In this document: positions 51,560 to 64,000 of the stretch, one piece after another
Numbering within the stretch: the first letter of the stretch is position 1
Layout: every line of letters begins with the position of its first letter
From: Ophelia neglecta
Taxonomy: Eukaryota
Assembly: GCA_965285935.1 (NCBI GenBank)
Contig: OZ260661.1
Span: forward strand, 79,360,001-79,424,000
Reading direction: 5' to 3'
DNA length: 64,000 bases
Notes under the pieces: model-generated
What the model saw: only the letters and a program-made list of their open reading frames with translations
What the model was told of the DNA's origin: nothing
The model's database searches: none
Position numbers and translations under genes: made by a program

Positions 51560-52070
51560 ACCAGGTTGGAGTAACAATCAATCCAGGTAAACTATATTTA
51601 TGATAGGCTATTAAAATAAGTCTGAATTGGTAGTATCTTCTTGACTCAATTAGTAATAGTTCCATATAACAAAAAATACATGAATATGGAATAGCCATTA
51701 GTAATAATACCCACTTGACTTAACGAAGTTTACAGTCATTCCTATAAATAATATCATAAGGAAAAGTTAGTAACAGTCTTTTGGTGTGTATATCAGTAAT
51801 CTTAATAAATATATATATTCTTAAAATTAATGATGAGAATCGCTTTTATACATGTACCTTTGAGTTGAAAATAGTCCACAAAGATATAAAATGCGAACAT
51901 TTATTCGTTGATTTATAAATTGAAATTCCTTTTGGTAAGATCATTAATTCTAAAAACATATATTCTGCGAATTTGCTGATGATATGGAATGAATGAATAC
52001 CGCGCATTAAATATAGCATTAGAAAGAATCGAAAGTTTAACCATAGCTAAAAACGTTGGGGTAATCGACG
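51560..52070 (+). mobile_element. Ancient L2/Crack-group LINE RT fossil
   Basis: GSIFL, KIHEYGI, LT.R, IND, FADD (~51972), LERIES...GVID in order. Confidence 0.5.
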
Positions 52071-55000
52071 GCCAGGATATACGTGCTCCTGTAGTTACTA
52101 ATGTGGCTATTAAACCACCGATAAATTTTCTTGTCCTAAACCAGACAACTTAAGTAGATGAAATTCATTTAGATAATTATTCACCCCTTAGAAGTGCTGG
52201 AATGTCTAAGTTGTCGAAAAGCTTCTGCAACTATATATCACCAACTTTTCTTAATAAAACTATTACTTAATCTTCCACGTCACAAAGACTAAATATAATC
52301 CATTTTTCCTTGGATAGATCACGTGTCCAAAGCCTATCAACGTTTTAGGCATAGTTCACATAAGTTAAATGATATTTTTCCATATTATGAACCTTATCTT
52401 ACTCTTTTCATCAACCCTTAGATGCCCTTTGTGACCAAAAAAAGGTCAGGGTACTGAAAGAGACACGGGACAGGTGCGAAAGACGATTAAACCAAGTGAA
52501 TAAACGACGTGCATGCATGAGAACCACATTGTGTTAGCTATCGATTTTCGCAGGTTGTTATAAATACTTCGGCGCATTATAAGTAATCGTTTTTTAAAAA
52601 TTGCGCTAAGTAAAGCTCTTCCTGCGCATCAGAAAGCCACACGCCAAATAACCGGTACCCTAGTACAAATGTATGAAAAAAGGAATACTTTTCGCGTCTA
52701 TTGTATATAAAGGTTCCCAAGTGGCATGAACATACAAGGATCGAGATTAATCTGCTAGTCAATTCGCTGGTCGGACGTAGTATTGGTCACTTTACTGGTC
52801 AGCCAAGTAAAGGGCAGTTTGCGCACCTGCCATACAAATTTCAAATTCCAATATAAAGCCGTGGATGTGACCAGTATACTTAATGAGTTCATCACGGTAA
52901 TCAGACTGAGGAAAGCAGGCCAACCAATAAATAAACTGTCGGCAATTTTTGCAGTCGTGTACTAAGCTAAATTCAGACCTCAATGAACGCACCCATGGTG
53001 CTGACAGGTGACTGTAAAACTGGAATGTTAAATTGGAAAGTGATAATAGGAGCAGAAGGTTCTAGGGCTTTTTTGCTTTAGTGTTGTAATGTTGAACACA
53101 AGGTCAAAACATATTACGGTTACTGGGATTTCTTAACTGCTTTCCTTCATTATTGCCAGTTCTCACGGGGATATGAACAATAAATTAGCCATCTTTTAAT
53201 CAAGAAGACCATGAAATGTTGTGCTTTGTTGTTTATTAGCTGTGTTCGAATGCTAAAGGGCAAAACACGTTACAGTTTTACCAATTTCATCGACACTTCC
53301 TTAATTGTTTGTACCACATTACACTCGGTAGTTGGTAATAGATAAGGGAGTAGGGTTACATTGATAGTCTTAGAATAGCCCCGCTTTACGGTAAAAAAAT
53401 TTAAGATCCAAACAACACTGTGGCGTGGAAAGGTGGTGAGAGGCAGACAGGATCAATTCGCTTCGCAGATAAACTTGATCATCCGGCTGAGCTGATGATT
53501 GTCTACTAAGACCATCCACCGGGACTAATCTGCCGAAAAAAATGTTGCCTTAGCCGATTGCCAAGGTTCCTTAATTGCTAGTGTCTAATGGAACTCAAAT
53601 GCTTTATGGAACAATTAAACTGACAAATTGAGGTTTCATTATGGGGCTAAATTGTCATAAAATCAGCCATTCCTTAAATTGCCGCTCATCGCCGTTCCGG
53701 CCTTGCAGATAGATAAGAACAGTCTCAGGCTTCGTATTCTCATCCCTAAATCAAGGTATCGCTTGCTTTTATCTATTTATATGGAATATTTACGAGGGGC
53801 GTTGGTGACTGATGCGATTTTCGCTTCCCCTAATCTCAGGGGCCGAACCGGCGTGTGCCAATCGGTCGCGGACTGTATTTGGCTCTAAGCAGCCAAGTCC
53901 CAGACGGTTCTCCAACAAACTCAAGGGAGTTATCTGGCAGCTGATAATCTGATTTATTACCTGCACACTTAGACCAGAACTGTCCCATTAATTGTTTTCC
54001 TTGTCTATAAAGAGGCTGGAAATTTTCAGCGATCGAATGCTCTTTATAATATTGCACATGAAGCACGATATTTCAGGGGTTGCACTCCTATAATTTCAGT
54101 CAGGGTGCCGAAAGCTGATATCGGCCTCAAAATCAATTTAGCGGTCACGTCTGCTCAGGAGGGGTCTAACTTTATTATTTGAAGGCCGCAATATCACTCC
54201 GCTTTGGCTTGGCCCGGCTGAAGCCAATGACTTCTCAAACTAATAAGCCTCGATCGCTAAACTCACAGATAAGGCCCTCAGCTTGAAGGATCGGAAACAA
54301 CTGGTGTCATTGCTCATAATCGTCTGCTGCTGACTATAAATTGCTTTAGAATGGGTGGGTCTACCTAAGACGTCATCCATAGGCGGCCCATTATTGTCTT
54401 CCCAGCGCCATTGGTGGTGCAATTCAGGCGCCAAACACCGGAAGTGTTTGTTCTTGTCAGCTAGACATTGGCCAACGTGTAATGCCGATAAAGCTAGCTT
54501 ATAACTGGCTTACCAATACACCAACTAAGCCTAAGCTGCAGATGTTTTGTGTTGGCAATCGCATGATAAAATAAAGCGGACTACTTTTCTACAGGCCTGC
54601 ACGAGGCAGACGACCAAATAATCTCATTTAATACCAGACTATCACAGTAGATTATAGGATACACCTATATGCTTTACCCTGTCTTGCAATGTTGCTTTTA
54701 TATATGTATAAACTTAATGATAGTCATTTGATTTTAAACCATAAACTCGCGGTAAATAGGTTTTTTCAGGGTTTGTTTGTGTGAAGGCAGCACTATAGGA
54801 TAGATGTTTACCAACAAAAATGTTCACTTATTATTGAATTACAGGCACAGCAAAAGGCAGAGATAGCCCTAAGAATTGAACCAAAAAAAATCCTACACTT
54901 TTGTACACCTTGACGGGAAGCACAGTACCGTTAAATAGTAAATCGACATGGGAGTTTTTGTCACCAATTTAAGCTTTTGATTGGCTCCGAAACACGAGAC

Positions 55001-57814
55001 ACTGGCCCACGTGTAATGACGTTATAATAAACAAATTGCGTCACATGATTCGACAACCAATCAGAATGGGTATTAAATTTGGAGGCATCGAGTGTCGTTT
55101 CTGACACTAATTTCGTGCTTTGTGCGAATCCTCGCGTCGAAAAACACTCCAGAATTAAATAACCTGGGAAAATACTAGGGCAGTAGCAAAACAGGCCTGA
55201 AGGTGAACCACAAAGACACCCCATCTGTTTATTTGCATAATATCTTAATATGCAGGGCGGCACGTGTTTTTGTACCTGTGCGTCTAACGGCTGCTAAAAA
55301 GAAAACAAATGTGTCCGCACGGTATGCCGTGGAATTCAGTGCATATTTCTACCCCTGAAATTGACAGAACTTCCCAGCGGTGGTTTCCGGCGACGGAGAT
55401 GGATGGTTCTCTGGAGATGAATTGGGAATAAGGCGCATACGTCTTCTCCGTCTAAAACAGCTAATGGTTCTAAACTCATCAACTCTCGAAAGACAACGAC
55501 CTTAACGTTCCAAATTACTCAATTTCAACGCCCTATACTGTGACATGCTGTATCCCATATGGTTTAAGTTTTATTCCTGCCTATTTAATAGGAAAGATGT
55601 GATCACAATTCTTACCACGAGGGCAATCCGACACCTCTGACTGATAACTATAGAAACTCGAAGTTTTCAAACACTAATCATTGGTAAGAGGCTGTATCTG
55701 TCAGTCGGTGAAATTATTGTCCTGATTCTGGCTGTTTGGGGGTTAGTAGGCTTGACAATAATCGGTTCCAGTAGACTATATCTAATTTATATTCATGTCA
55801 ATAAAATAATTGATATACAAGAGGCATAATCTATAGCACAGTGCTGATTCCTAGACCAAGACTGCCCGGCAAAGCGCGACGATTCGTTCCCACCACGACT
55901 GAACATAGAAAAGAATGGTCGACTTGATCTCAAATAAATAGTATCTGCATTGCTAGGCGGTCTAAAAAATACAATAGTATGAATGGGCCCATTTCTCACC
56001 ATGGGCCAATGGCATGCCAAGTTTGAGCTACCTACATCCATGTACCATGCAGTATTTATGATTATATATGCCAGTTTATACATTCAGCTGAGTACAATTT
56101 ATTTTAATTGAGAATCAATCTTACATCGGCCACCTTTGTTGACCTTCAGAGTAATCACAGCGATAGGGCTCATGGTCACAATTTATTCGGAAGCAATAAA
56201 TTGTATTGGAATATTTCACAGTTTGAAGCTCAATATGGAACTCAGTCAAGACGCCCACTTAAATTAGGTACAGACTCAAAGAAAAATTACCATGAAAAAG
56301 ACTTCATTTCCTACAAAGAGAAAGTCCTTATTGGTATACAAGTGCATTCTTCCGCCAAATCCCAAGTCAAATGGGATTATCGCGGGTAATCTCGTTCTCA
56401 TCATGTGATTAAGCTCGTCAAAATCACATCTCAAATCCCACGACAGATTTCCTCAATTGACAGAGCATATAACCGCAGGCGTGTTCAACGGAATGACAAC
56501 ATCCCAAAAGGGATGCCGAACGTGACAATTAAATCTACAATGAAATTCACTGTGGATGCACCCGCAAAAAAATGTGGTGATTTGTGGTAAGGAAATCAAG
56601 GTTACACATCAAGGGAACATAATTCTGGCGATCATATTATCATTTTAAACCGCCTTTAGGAAAAAATGAACCGACTTCACTAATGGATTAGCGCATGCAT
56701 ATTGAGTTGGTTTGCAGTTGCAATAAAAAGTTGACAAATTGAGTAATGTCTTCACGATATTTCAGGGAACGAAATGCCTCGAAATGGACACATTTTGTCT
56801 CCTAAGTGTCTCCCTTGAGAGTTATATTAATAACAATTGTGACCCGCGGTTATTCGGGGTATTAAAGTGGTCAGTGATTGATAGGGGCGAGATATATATA
56901 TATATATGCGATTGTCCAAACGTCGTGGCTATTTCTGCCCGACGGGATTCTATTCGGTCAACTAACTGCGGATAATTTCTACCCGGTTCGCCCGCCTATT
57001 TACTGGGACTCGCTCAAAGAATGGCGGTCAAACGAGGTATGGAGCAGATTAGCCAAGTGCTGCCGCCTTAAATACGCCCAAGGCGGCTATCCTCTCACCA
57101 TGCCATTTTGAAGGCTATAGCGATAATGGACGAAGTACTACACAGCTGGGAATACAAATATCAGATCACACCAGATCGCTTAAACATGACCGTAAACCTA
57201 GGTTCTCGTGTAGTTCCCGTATGTGTAATCTAATAAGGTGTGAGTTGTCTTCTGGGGCACCTTCCGCGCGTTGTAACTTCTTCATGTCAGATTATATATG
57301 TTTTTAAGGTCCATATGTAAAGGCCATTGCAAACATCAACTCCAACATTTCGTTTCTTGAGCCTTTTTCGTTTTTACGGTAATAGATCTGCTTTCGATAG
57401 CATTGTTTGGATAGAATCTGAGCACTGACACTCTTACAAACTTTTTTTCTGACAGTATAGCCTATCACTTGAGGCATATAATAAACATCTGGGTCGCGTT
57501 CTCCTTATTATTAATAAAAACATAATCTGAAGTCCATGGACGACAGTACTGTCTTTTAGCTGCACTTTGCCCCGAAAGAGTGTTAAGAATCAATTGGATT
57601 ATACTTAGCTATCAGATAAAGCACGACAGAATGCGCATGGCAGTACCGCCACAGTATACAGAACCCGGTGCATTGAGTTATAGAGAATTCCTTGCTGGCA
57701 ATTTGGATCGATAGTAGCTGATGGCACAAAACGAGATTAAGAATCTGAAATTTTGTGTGCGACTGTAAATCTTAGAACCGAATTCTTCTAGATCTATTAT
57801 ATTTAAGTTAAAGT

Positions 57815-58500
57815 CGCCCTAAGGAGCATAACAAATACGGAAGATTCCCATGCTCTTTATTCCAAAAGTGCCTCAAACCGGTTGTTTACCAAGAAGAGCA
57901 ATTCAATTCAAGTTAAACATTGCTATAATTGGCAATTTCTGCCATCATTAAGGGCGCTCGACTGATACCTGCTAGAGGCACCACATTTGTAAACTCCTCA
58001 TTCTGCATTGTCGTGACATTTACAACAGCCACTATTTTTCTTCTGGAAAAAAACTCCCTTATACCCGCACCGAAACACGGTAATGTTTATAGCACCATAT
58101 TTGGATTTCCTCATTGGGATGAGTTCGCATGCAAGGAAATTGAAGCGTTAATAGTTAACGTAAATGGGACGGTTCAAGTTGCCGTAGACGGGTTCGATTA
58201 ACATGCTAGCGTTAAACACATTAAAGTACGACCATCTACTGCTGAGCCAAGCGCAGTTCGTGTGGGTCAAGGCCATTCTTCTGGCGTCTGATTCTGGGAA
58301 CTGGCTTTACGAAATTAAGTGGACGACAATTTACGATAATTAAGTCATAAAGGTATCACCATGCCATCTAGTCCGTGATAAATTGAAAGGCAATGTCTCT
58401 AAATAATGGATAATAAACAAGTCATATTCATAATGCTATTAAGCTCGATGTCCAACCCTCAATTAATGTGTTACGATATCAACTAGTAATCATCTATATC
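57815..58500 (+). mobile_element. Ancient CR1-group LINE RT fossil
   Basis: LFQKCLK.GCLP, ISAIIKGARLIP (cf. ITPIFKKGDR..P), LLEKNSLI...KHG (cf. LE.NNLI...QHGF), VKAILL...NWL, KGNVSK.W, V(N)DI. Confidence 0.68.
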
Positions 58501-60598
58501 ATTAAATATGATGTCCATACAAGAAATAATCTTCGAAATGTCCCATATGTTATGATATGTCAACAGATCCTCTGACCAATTACCTCTTTAATCGTTTCAA
58601 GTTGCTCAAAACAGAGGGAGACATTGTAGATTACACTGAAGCGAAATCAACGTATTTAAATATGGTTTTCTAACAGATCAAGCACCATGCAGATTGCACT
58701 TATTTAGATCTTTCCGAACCCGAGTCGATTGACTCCTTTTTTGAGTCTATATAGGGGCTATAGGGGCCTTCGATTAAAATCCTGATGTAAAACAGCCGTT
58801 ACTTAAGACCAGTCCCTGGCCACCAAATCGATGAAAATGGGTTCCGATGGTTTAGGATACGTATTCTGTGCCACAATACAAAAAGTCCAAAATCACGATT
58901 TTCCTTCATTATTGGCGGCGATCGGCCGCCTTTGGGCTCCGATATACATCATATAATACAATTAACGACATGCTTACAGCTTGTCAGTTTGTTTGTTGAA
59001 TAGTTTAAATTCTTTTACATCCTGTTTTTTTTCTAGAAATTACTGTTTCATGGGTATCTCTGCCAGTCCAGTGACACCCTGGAGGAGCGCAAAAATGATG
59101 TTCATATTAGATTATAAATATTGAATAGTCCCGCCTTAAAATACCTATTCAGATCACACACTCGCATAATTTGCCAATGCCCGCGAGCTTTTCCAGAAAC
59201 AAATAAACACTATCGTTCCACTTTTTTTAATTTCGCGGGGCACGTTTTCCCCTGTAAAATGATTCCTATTTTCTGCATTATTTAGGTAAGCAAGATAGTT
59301 GAAGAAAAGACAAAATGATTCCAACAACTGGTGACACAATATAATGTTACATTTCCGTATGTTGATGGGAGCTTTTCTAAAATGGACATACGCATATAGA
59401 AAGCTCTGAGAGTCCATTCTGGACTGAGACTCCTATGACTGGGAGATGGTCATTCTAAAAGACCGCCTGTATGGCCTAATGCTGGCACTGATTTGGGGCT
59501 GGGGGGTGAAGCGTGTGTTCTAGATCACCACCAAATCTAGTAATGGTAGATTACCATCAGTCGCTGGGTCGGCATATGCTCTGTCAGACTGATTAATCAG
59601 AAAATTAAAAACTAACTGACTGCACGAACCAAGCGGCAGCAGATAAGGAACAAGACATTTGCGCATCTATTTGGCTCATCCTCATCGGAGTTTATGGGTA
59701 AGGTGTTTGTGGGGGGGGGGGGGAGGGGGGGGGGAGGGGGGGGGGTCTTGAGCAGAGACAGCTCAAACACAGAACCCAGGTCATCTCTTTAATAGGCCCT
59801 GTTACAGCACGAAATCCCACACCAGAAACGGTGGCATATTTGTTAAAATAGGAGTGCTGGCCGTATCTATATATATATATGTATGTATATATAATCAAAG
59901 GCCTGGTTTATCACACCCATTTCTATCGTTATATTGTCTCGTCCTATTAGAATCGAAAGTCACTTTGTTAGATCAAAGCGTTTTCAGCAGGTTGATTTCC
60001 TTGTATTTCTGTCGCGCCATAAATATTCCATAACATAGGTGTTACCATAGTTTTACATCTCACCTACTCGGTTTGTCTGTCAGAAACATCAGGCATTTTC
60101 TGAACCGATCTCTATTGATAATCGTTACACGTACACCCTCCGGCAATTCCCGTAATGACATTCATCAACACAAAGTTAGATTTCTAGGTCAATAAGCCGG
60201 TGTGTAATTCTATGACGTGCATATTGCAGATAAGAGAAAAAAGGGGGGGCCTACCTTCAGTAATATCCAGCCAACTGAACAAAAATGTTTCCGCCTAGAA
60301 GAACAATGCTGTCAGCCGTGAGTAGGTCCGCTCCATCGGAGAATTCGGACCATGTGGGGAATTCTAGCCAAGATGTATCTTCATACTTCGTGTTCAAAAT
60401 TCAACCTGGGGAATAGCGACCAACATCAAAGAAATACCATGGCAATGTTCAAAATGTTACGAAATAGATCATTCCACATTTTGATAAATGCATCATCGCC
60501 TTGTCAACATCAGTTTTTTCAAAAGCCCGGAAGAATGCGGTGTGGGTAAAAGCAAATACGCACAGCGACGCTCTACTTGCTCCTTGAAAGCAAATTTA

Positions 60599-60790
60599 GG
60601 GGGTGGTTATTATCAATGGGCGAGCGGGGGGGGGGGAGGGTTTCGGTTCCGGTTTCGACGAATTTTTTTACATGTGGAATGGCGGCCAAAAACAAAGTAT
60701 TAATACCACGGCAATTTTGAAATTGTCGTGAAATAGATAATTCCACACCGCGTTTTTATTTGCTATGACCCCCCCCCCCACCCCCCCTTC
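60599..60790. mobile_element. Possible degenerate Harbinger-type MITE
   Basis: TTA|GGGGGTGGTTATTATCAATG...G-tract on the left, C-tract on the right; right TIR not recognisable. Confidence 0.3.
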
Positions 60791-61013
60791 AATAGTCTAC
60801 AAACCTACAGGTACAATTCGAATTACAACACAAACCCCCTAGAGCTACGTATTTATTTGAGCACCCTTTTTTCCATTGGGAACTTTACTCTGAATATCAA
60901 ACTAAACAGCTAGCTTTGTAACATTGTGACCACTTCTGGCAGGTTTAGGAGGAAGCAAAGATTCTCAGGATGTGTTTTGAGTCATGAACTGACTGTCTTT
61001 AAATATATATAAA

Positions 61014-61302
61014 TCGCCTCTCTGGCCTCCGTCCATCCAAGTGGAAAGTGAGTCGTCTCTATATAGCCTCCGCCCATCCAAGTGGCAAGTGAGTCGTCTC
61101 TATAGCTTCCACCCATCCAAGTGGCAAGTGAGTCGTCTCTATAGCCTCCGCCCATCCAAGTGGAAAGTGAGTCGTCTCTATAGCCTCCGCCCATCCAAGT
61201 GGCAAGTTAGTCGTCTCTGTAGCCTCCGCCCATCCAAGTGGAAAGTGAGTCGTCTCTATAGCCTCCGCCCATCCAAGAGGCAGACGAGTTATCTCCGTCC
61301 AT
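61014..61302. repeat. 39-bp minisatellite, ~7 units (AGCCTCCGCCCATCCAAGTGGMAAGTGAGTCGTCTCTAT)
   Basis: 39-bp period; explains the 13-aa periodic ORFs on both strands. Confidence 0.96.
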
Positions 61303-61514
61303 GCTTTTATTCTGAATCCCATAACCCCCCCCCCCCCCCCCCCACTTTAATCTGAAGGGGTCACAATTCCTTGACTCTCCGCAATGATATGCTCCCTATA
61401 TGAGCCCCTCCCGTAGTTTAAGACAAACCTTTTCAAACTAAAAATGTCAGCGATATTGCCTTGATATAAAGCGACACCAACGTCCATTGTGATTGTATTC
61501 TATCATTAAGCGTT

Positions 61515-61575
61515 ACTTGTTCTCAGCGGAGTGATTTGGTTATCACTTGTTCTCAGCGGAGTGATTTGGCTATCA
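61515..61575. repeat. 30-bp tandem duplication
   Basis: ACTTGTTCTCAGCGGAGTGATTTGGYTATC x2. Confidence 0.93.
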
Positions 61576-62099
61576 TAAGTCGTACACCGTACGAGTTTTC
61601 GCAGATGATTAATGCCTTACAAGGGTACAGAATGTTCTGAAATTCCAGTTGATTCCTTTAGGTTCCTATTCTTTCTCTCTGATGTATACATAGAATAATC
61701 AGTCATTTTTTTCTGGCAGCAATCACTACTAGCCTTTTTTATACGCTCATAGACCGGTCGCAATTGTATTTTACCTCATTCAGGACTTAGTCGACACCGG
61801 GCCTAATGAGCCTGAGATCAAGTTGGCCGTTTTCAGGCACTTTCACCCTCGACGAGTGGAGCTGATAGGCTCTTGGCGTATAGAGCCGACTTTATGAAAT
61901 ACCCAATGAGATCTTTGGTTACTCAATCTGTCGAAAGACAAGCCGATCTAGCGTTTTTGCTATCGCTTATAATATAGGCACATCTTGTATCTAAATCCCC
62001 ACAGATCAAAAAGGCTGCCTTATTAGGTCGTTTTATGAAAATCTACATGGGTTTAGGGCTTAGTAATAAGGATGGTGGCCATAATCAGGCTACACAGAG

Positions 62100-62290
62100 G
62101 TCCCTAAAATCAACGCTGCGCTGTTGGCGCCGCGCTGCTAGAGAACAATAGAAAGCCCCCACCCTGACTCTAGTCGGGCGCCACTTCCGGTGTACGCCAG
62201 AGCACCTATAGGGCCAAGCAAATGGCGCATCTCGCACAGCACCGAATACAGACATCCGCCACGCAGACCCTGTGTCTGGTTTTCGTGTGA
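62100..62290. promoter_or_regulatory. GC/CpG-rich promoter- or enhancer-like island
   Basis: CACTTCCGG (ETS/GABP), two GGCGCC, AAATGGCG (YY1-like) in a GC-rich patch; no downstream exon identified. Confidence 0.3.
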
Positions 62291-62779
62291 CGACTACATA
62301 GGCCTATATATATATATTGGCCTATTCCCTTATCAAACTGACTTGTGTTTGTTTTTCACATGCTTATGGTATCAAAACCTCTAGTTATACATAATATAGC
62401 CGGGCCTGTGCAAAAGGGACAAGTATACCAGCCCAACGAGTTCTAGAACGGGCCTACCATTATTTTTCATAATATGAATTGCGTATAGCTGTTATGAACT
62501 ATGTATTAAGCGTCAAGATTACTGTACAAGTTTGTTAGCTGTTAAAAAATAGCTCCCGGTTATTTAGGTATAGTGTCCTTGGTGGCATTGATATGCCATC
62601 ACCGTAATGTGATTATAAGTTATTGGCCTTCCAAGTCAGACTTATTGCTAACAAAGGATTGTCAGTCTTGTCTTTGCTACGTGAGTTGACAATTGCTGCC
62701 ATGGACAGACCACCTTGCCGTGGCAATTACTGACAAACCTTCATATCACGAGCCCCAGACTCTGTGTCAATATAAAAAA

Positions 62780-63130
62780 GTCGTCTTTGTTGAATTATTC
62801 CACTGTCGACCATGAAGGAGTGCATGAAGCGATAACCAAATTGGCTAAATCGGTTACAGGTTTGAGGGTTCACTTTTTTCTCTACAACAGTGTACCTCTT
62901 GAAAAGGAAAGAAGATCTATGTAATTGCTCATGCATGGGCTCGATTCGGAGAGCTTTACTTATCCCTCAGTGCTTAAGCCTGTCTTACTATTTCTTTTCC
63001 CATGATGGTTGCGAAAGTAAACTATTGTATTTCATTTCAAAGGAAAGAATTGGAACTTTGAAAAGATATCACCTTTCATTAACAAAAATTCCTACAAGGA
63101 GAGTCTTTCTTATGGACGCTCAAGTTCAAG
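62780..63130 (+). mobile_element. Possible very decayed LINE RT N-terminal remnant
   Basis: VDHEGVHEAITKLAKS, VPLEK, KLLYFISKERI, RVFLMD loosely match the region preceding RT domain 2. Confidence 0.25.
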
Positions 63131-64000
63131 GACGCGTCTTACAGCTGTCAAATTGTGATGCATTGATGGCGCAATAATTCTAGTTAAATCACCGACTGAA
63201 AATGCCAATCATATTGCCATATTAAATGGCACTTCTATGTATTAGAAGCCATTTGCTTTATGGACATTTTGTGTTCTGGCTTCCGACAGATCTAGTGCAC
63301 AACGAAATAATTGGCGGCTTTCTTACTTTACGAAAAAAGTAAATTCTCCGAGTTCAATAACAGCTCATTTTCATTGTATGTCCTCTACCATCAAGGCTGC
63401 TTTTGGGACGCAAGTAGATGACAATCTGTCCAAACGACTATCAAAGTAATCAGCAAGATGTCTGGCTGGAAATAAACCGTTGTAAAAATCATTGGCTGTC
63501 GTACAGTGAATGACAACTTCAAACTATCAGCCTAAAGGAATGACACATGCTTGTCGTTGGCGCGCGCTTCATTTAAGAGGTGCGCGTGAACCTTTTTATT
63601 TCATTGCAATTACAAACGCACTGTCTGCCGTCTGCATCACTGAAAATCATACCAAAGTTTGCTTTCATAAAACCAATATTCATGTCATTTTAAAGAATCT
63701 TCGTTATATCAAAATAAAAAAAGGTAAGCGGTTTGCCCAAACCAGTTGAGATACTGAATATGCAAAGTAATAAATATAGGCCGATTGGGGAATGGCCAAA
63801 ATATTAGTTGTAGATACATCCACATACAGATCTATTATAGACTAAATAGAGTGGGATCACGTTCCAAGTCATGAAAAATTATGAAAACCAATTATCACCT
63901 GGTACAATTTGTTTTTTGTAACATCCCTGGTAATTATTCCGACACGAATTACTAAAAATTAATCTTAACTATCAAATATCACAAAAATTCAATTTTACCC

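Noticed and set aside
56909-56925. miR-219-like GATTGTCCAAACG
   Set aside because: Partial match only; no complementary arm seen
60982-61355. 13-aa repeat proteins in three frames
   Set aside because: Artefact of a 39-bp unit (multiple of 3) lacking stops; no splice or start context
26360-63265. Hox-cluster-like enrichment of TTTATGG, and a miR-10/miR-993 gene
   Set aside because: Motif count is near expectation for this base composition; no homeobox exon or miR-10-family hairpin found

Overview
AT-rich (roughly 60% by eye) animal genomic DNA. The repeat content resembles that of a marine invertebrate, probably a spiralian (inference). I found no recognisable host protein-coding gene, rRNA, tRNA or CRISPR array, so this reads as a gene desert or very large intron. 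Contents: (i) tandem repeats, namely a 3.6-kb 41-bp satellite with higher-order structure, 26-, 34-, 39-, 40- and ~78-bp minisatellites, microsatellites and many poly-G/C tracts; (ii) small DNA-transposon derivatives, namely a Tc1/mariner-pogo-type MITE (TA TSD), a PIF/Harbinger-type MITE (TTA TSD), a hAT-like MITE (6-bp TSD) and foldback elements; (iii) two moderately decayed 5'-truncated non-LTR retrotransposons plus about ten heavily decayed CR1/L2-group RT or endonuclease fossils, recognisable only by manual translation across frameshifts; (iv) unique-sequence islands with enhancer-like motif content; (v) one 166-N gap. The best-supported oddity is a LINE insertion flanked by a perfect 112-bp target-site duplication inside an older RT fossil. 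The most speculative leads are ~75-80 miR-29 8mer sites on the minus strand of the satellite and a six-site K50-homeodomain (Otx-type) cluster. Fossil boundaries are approximate, and family assignments come from remembered motif consensuses rather than database searches.
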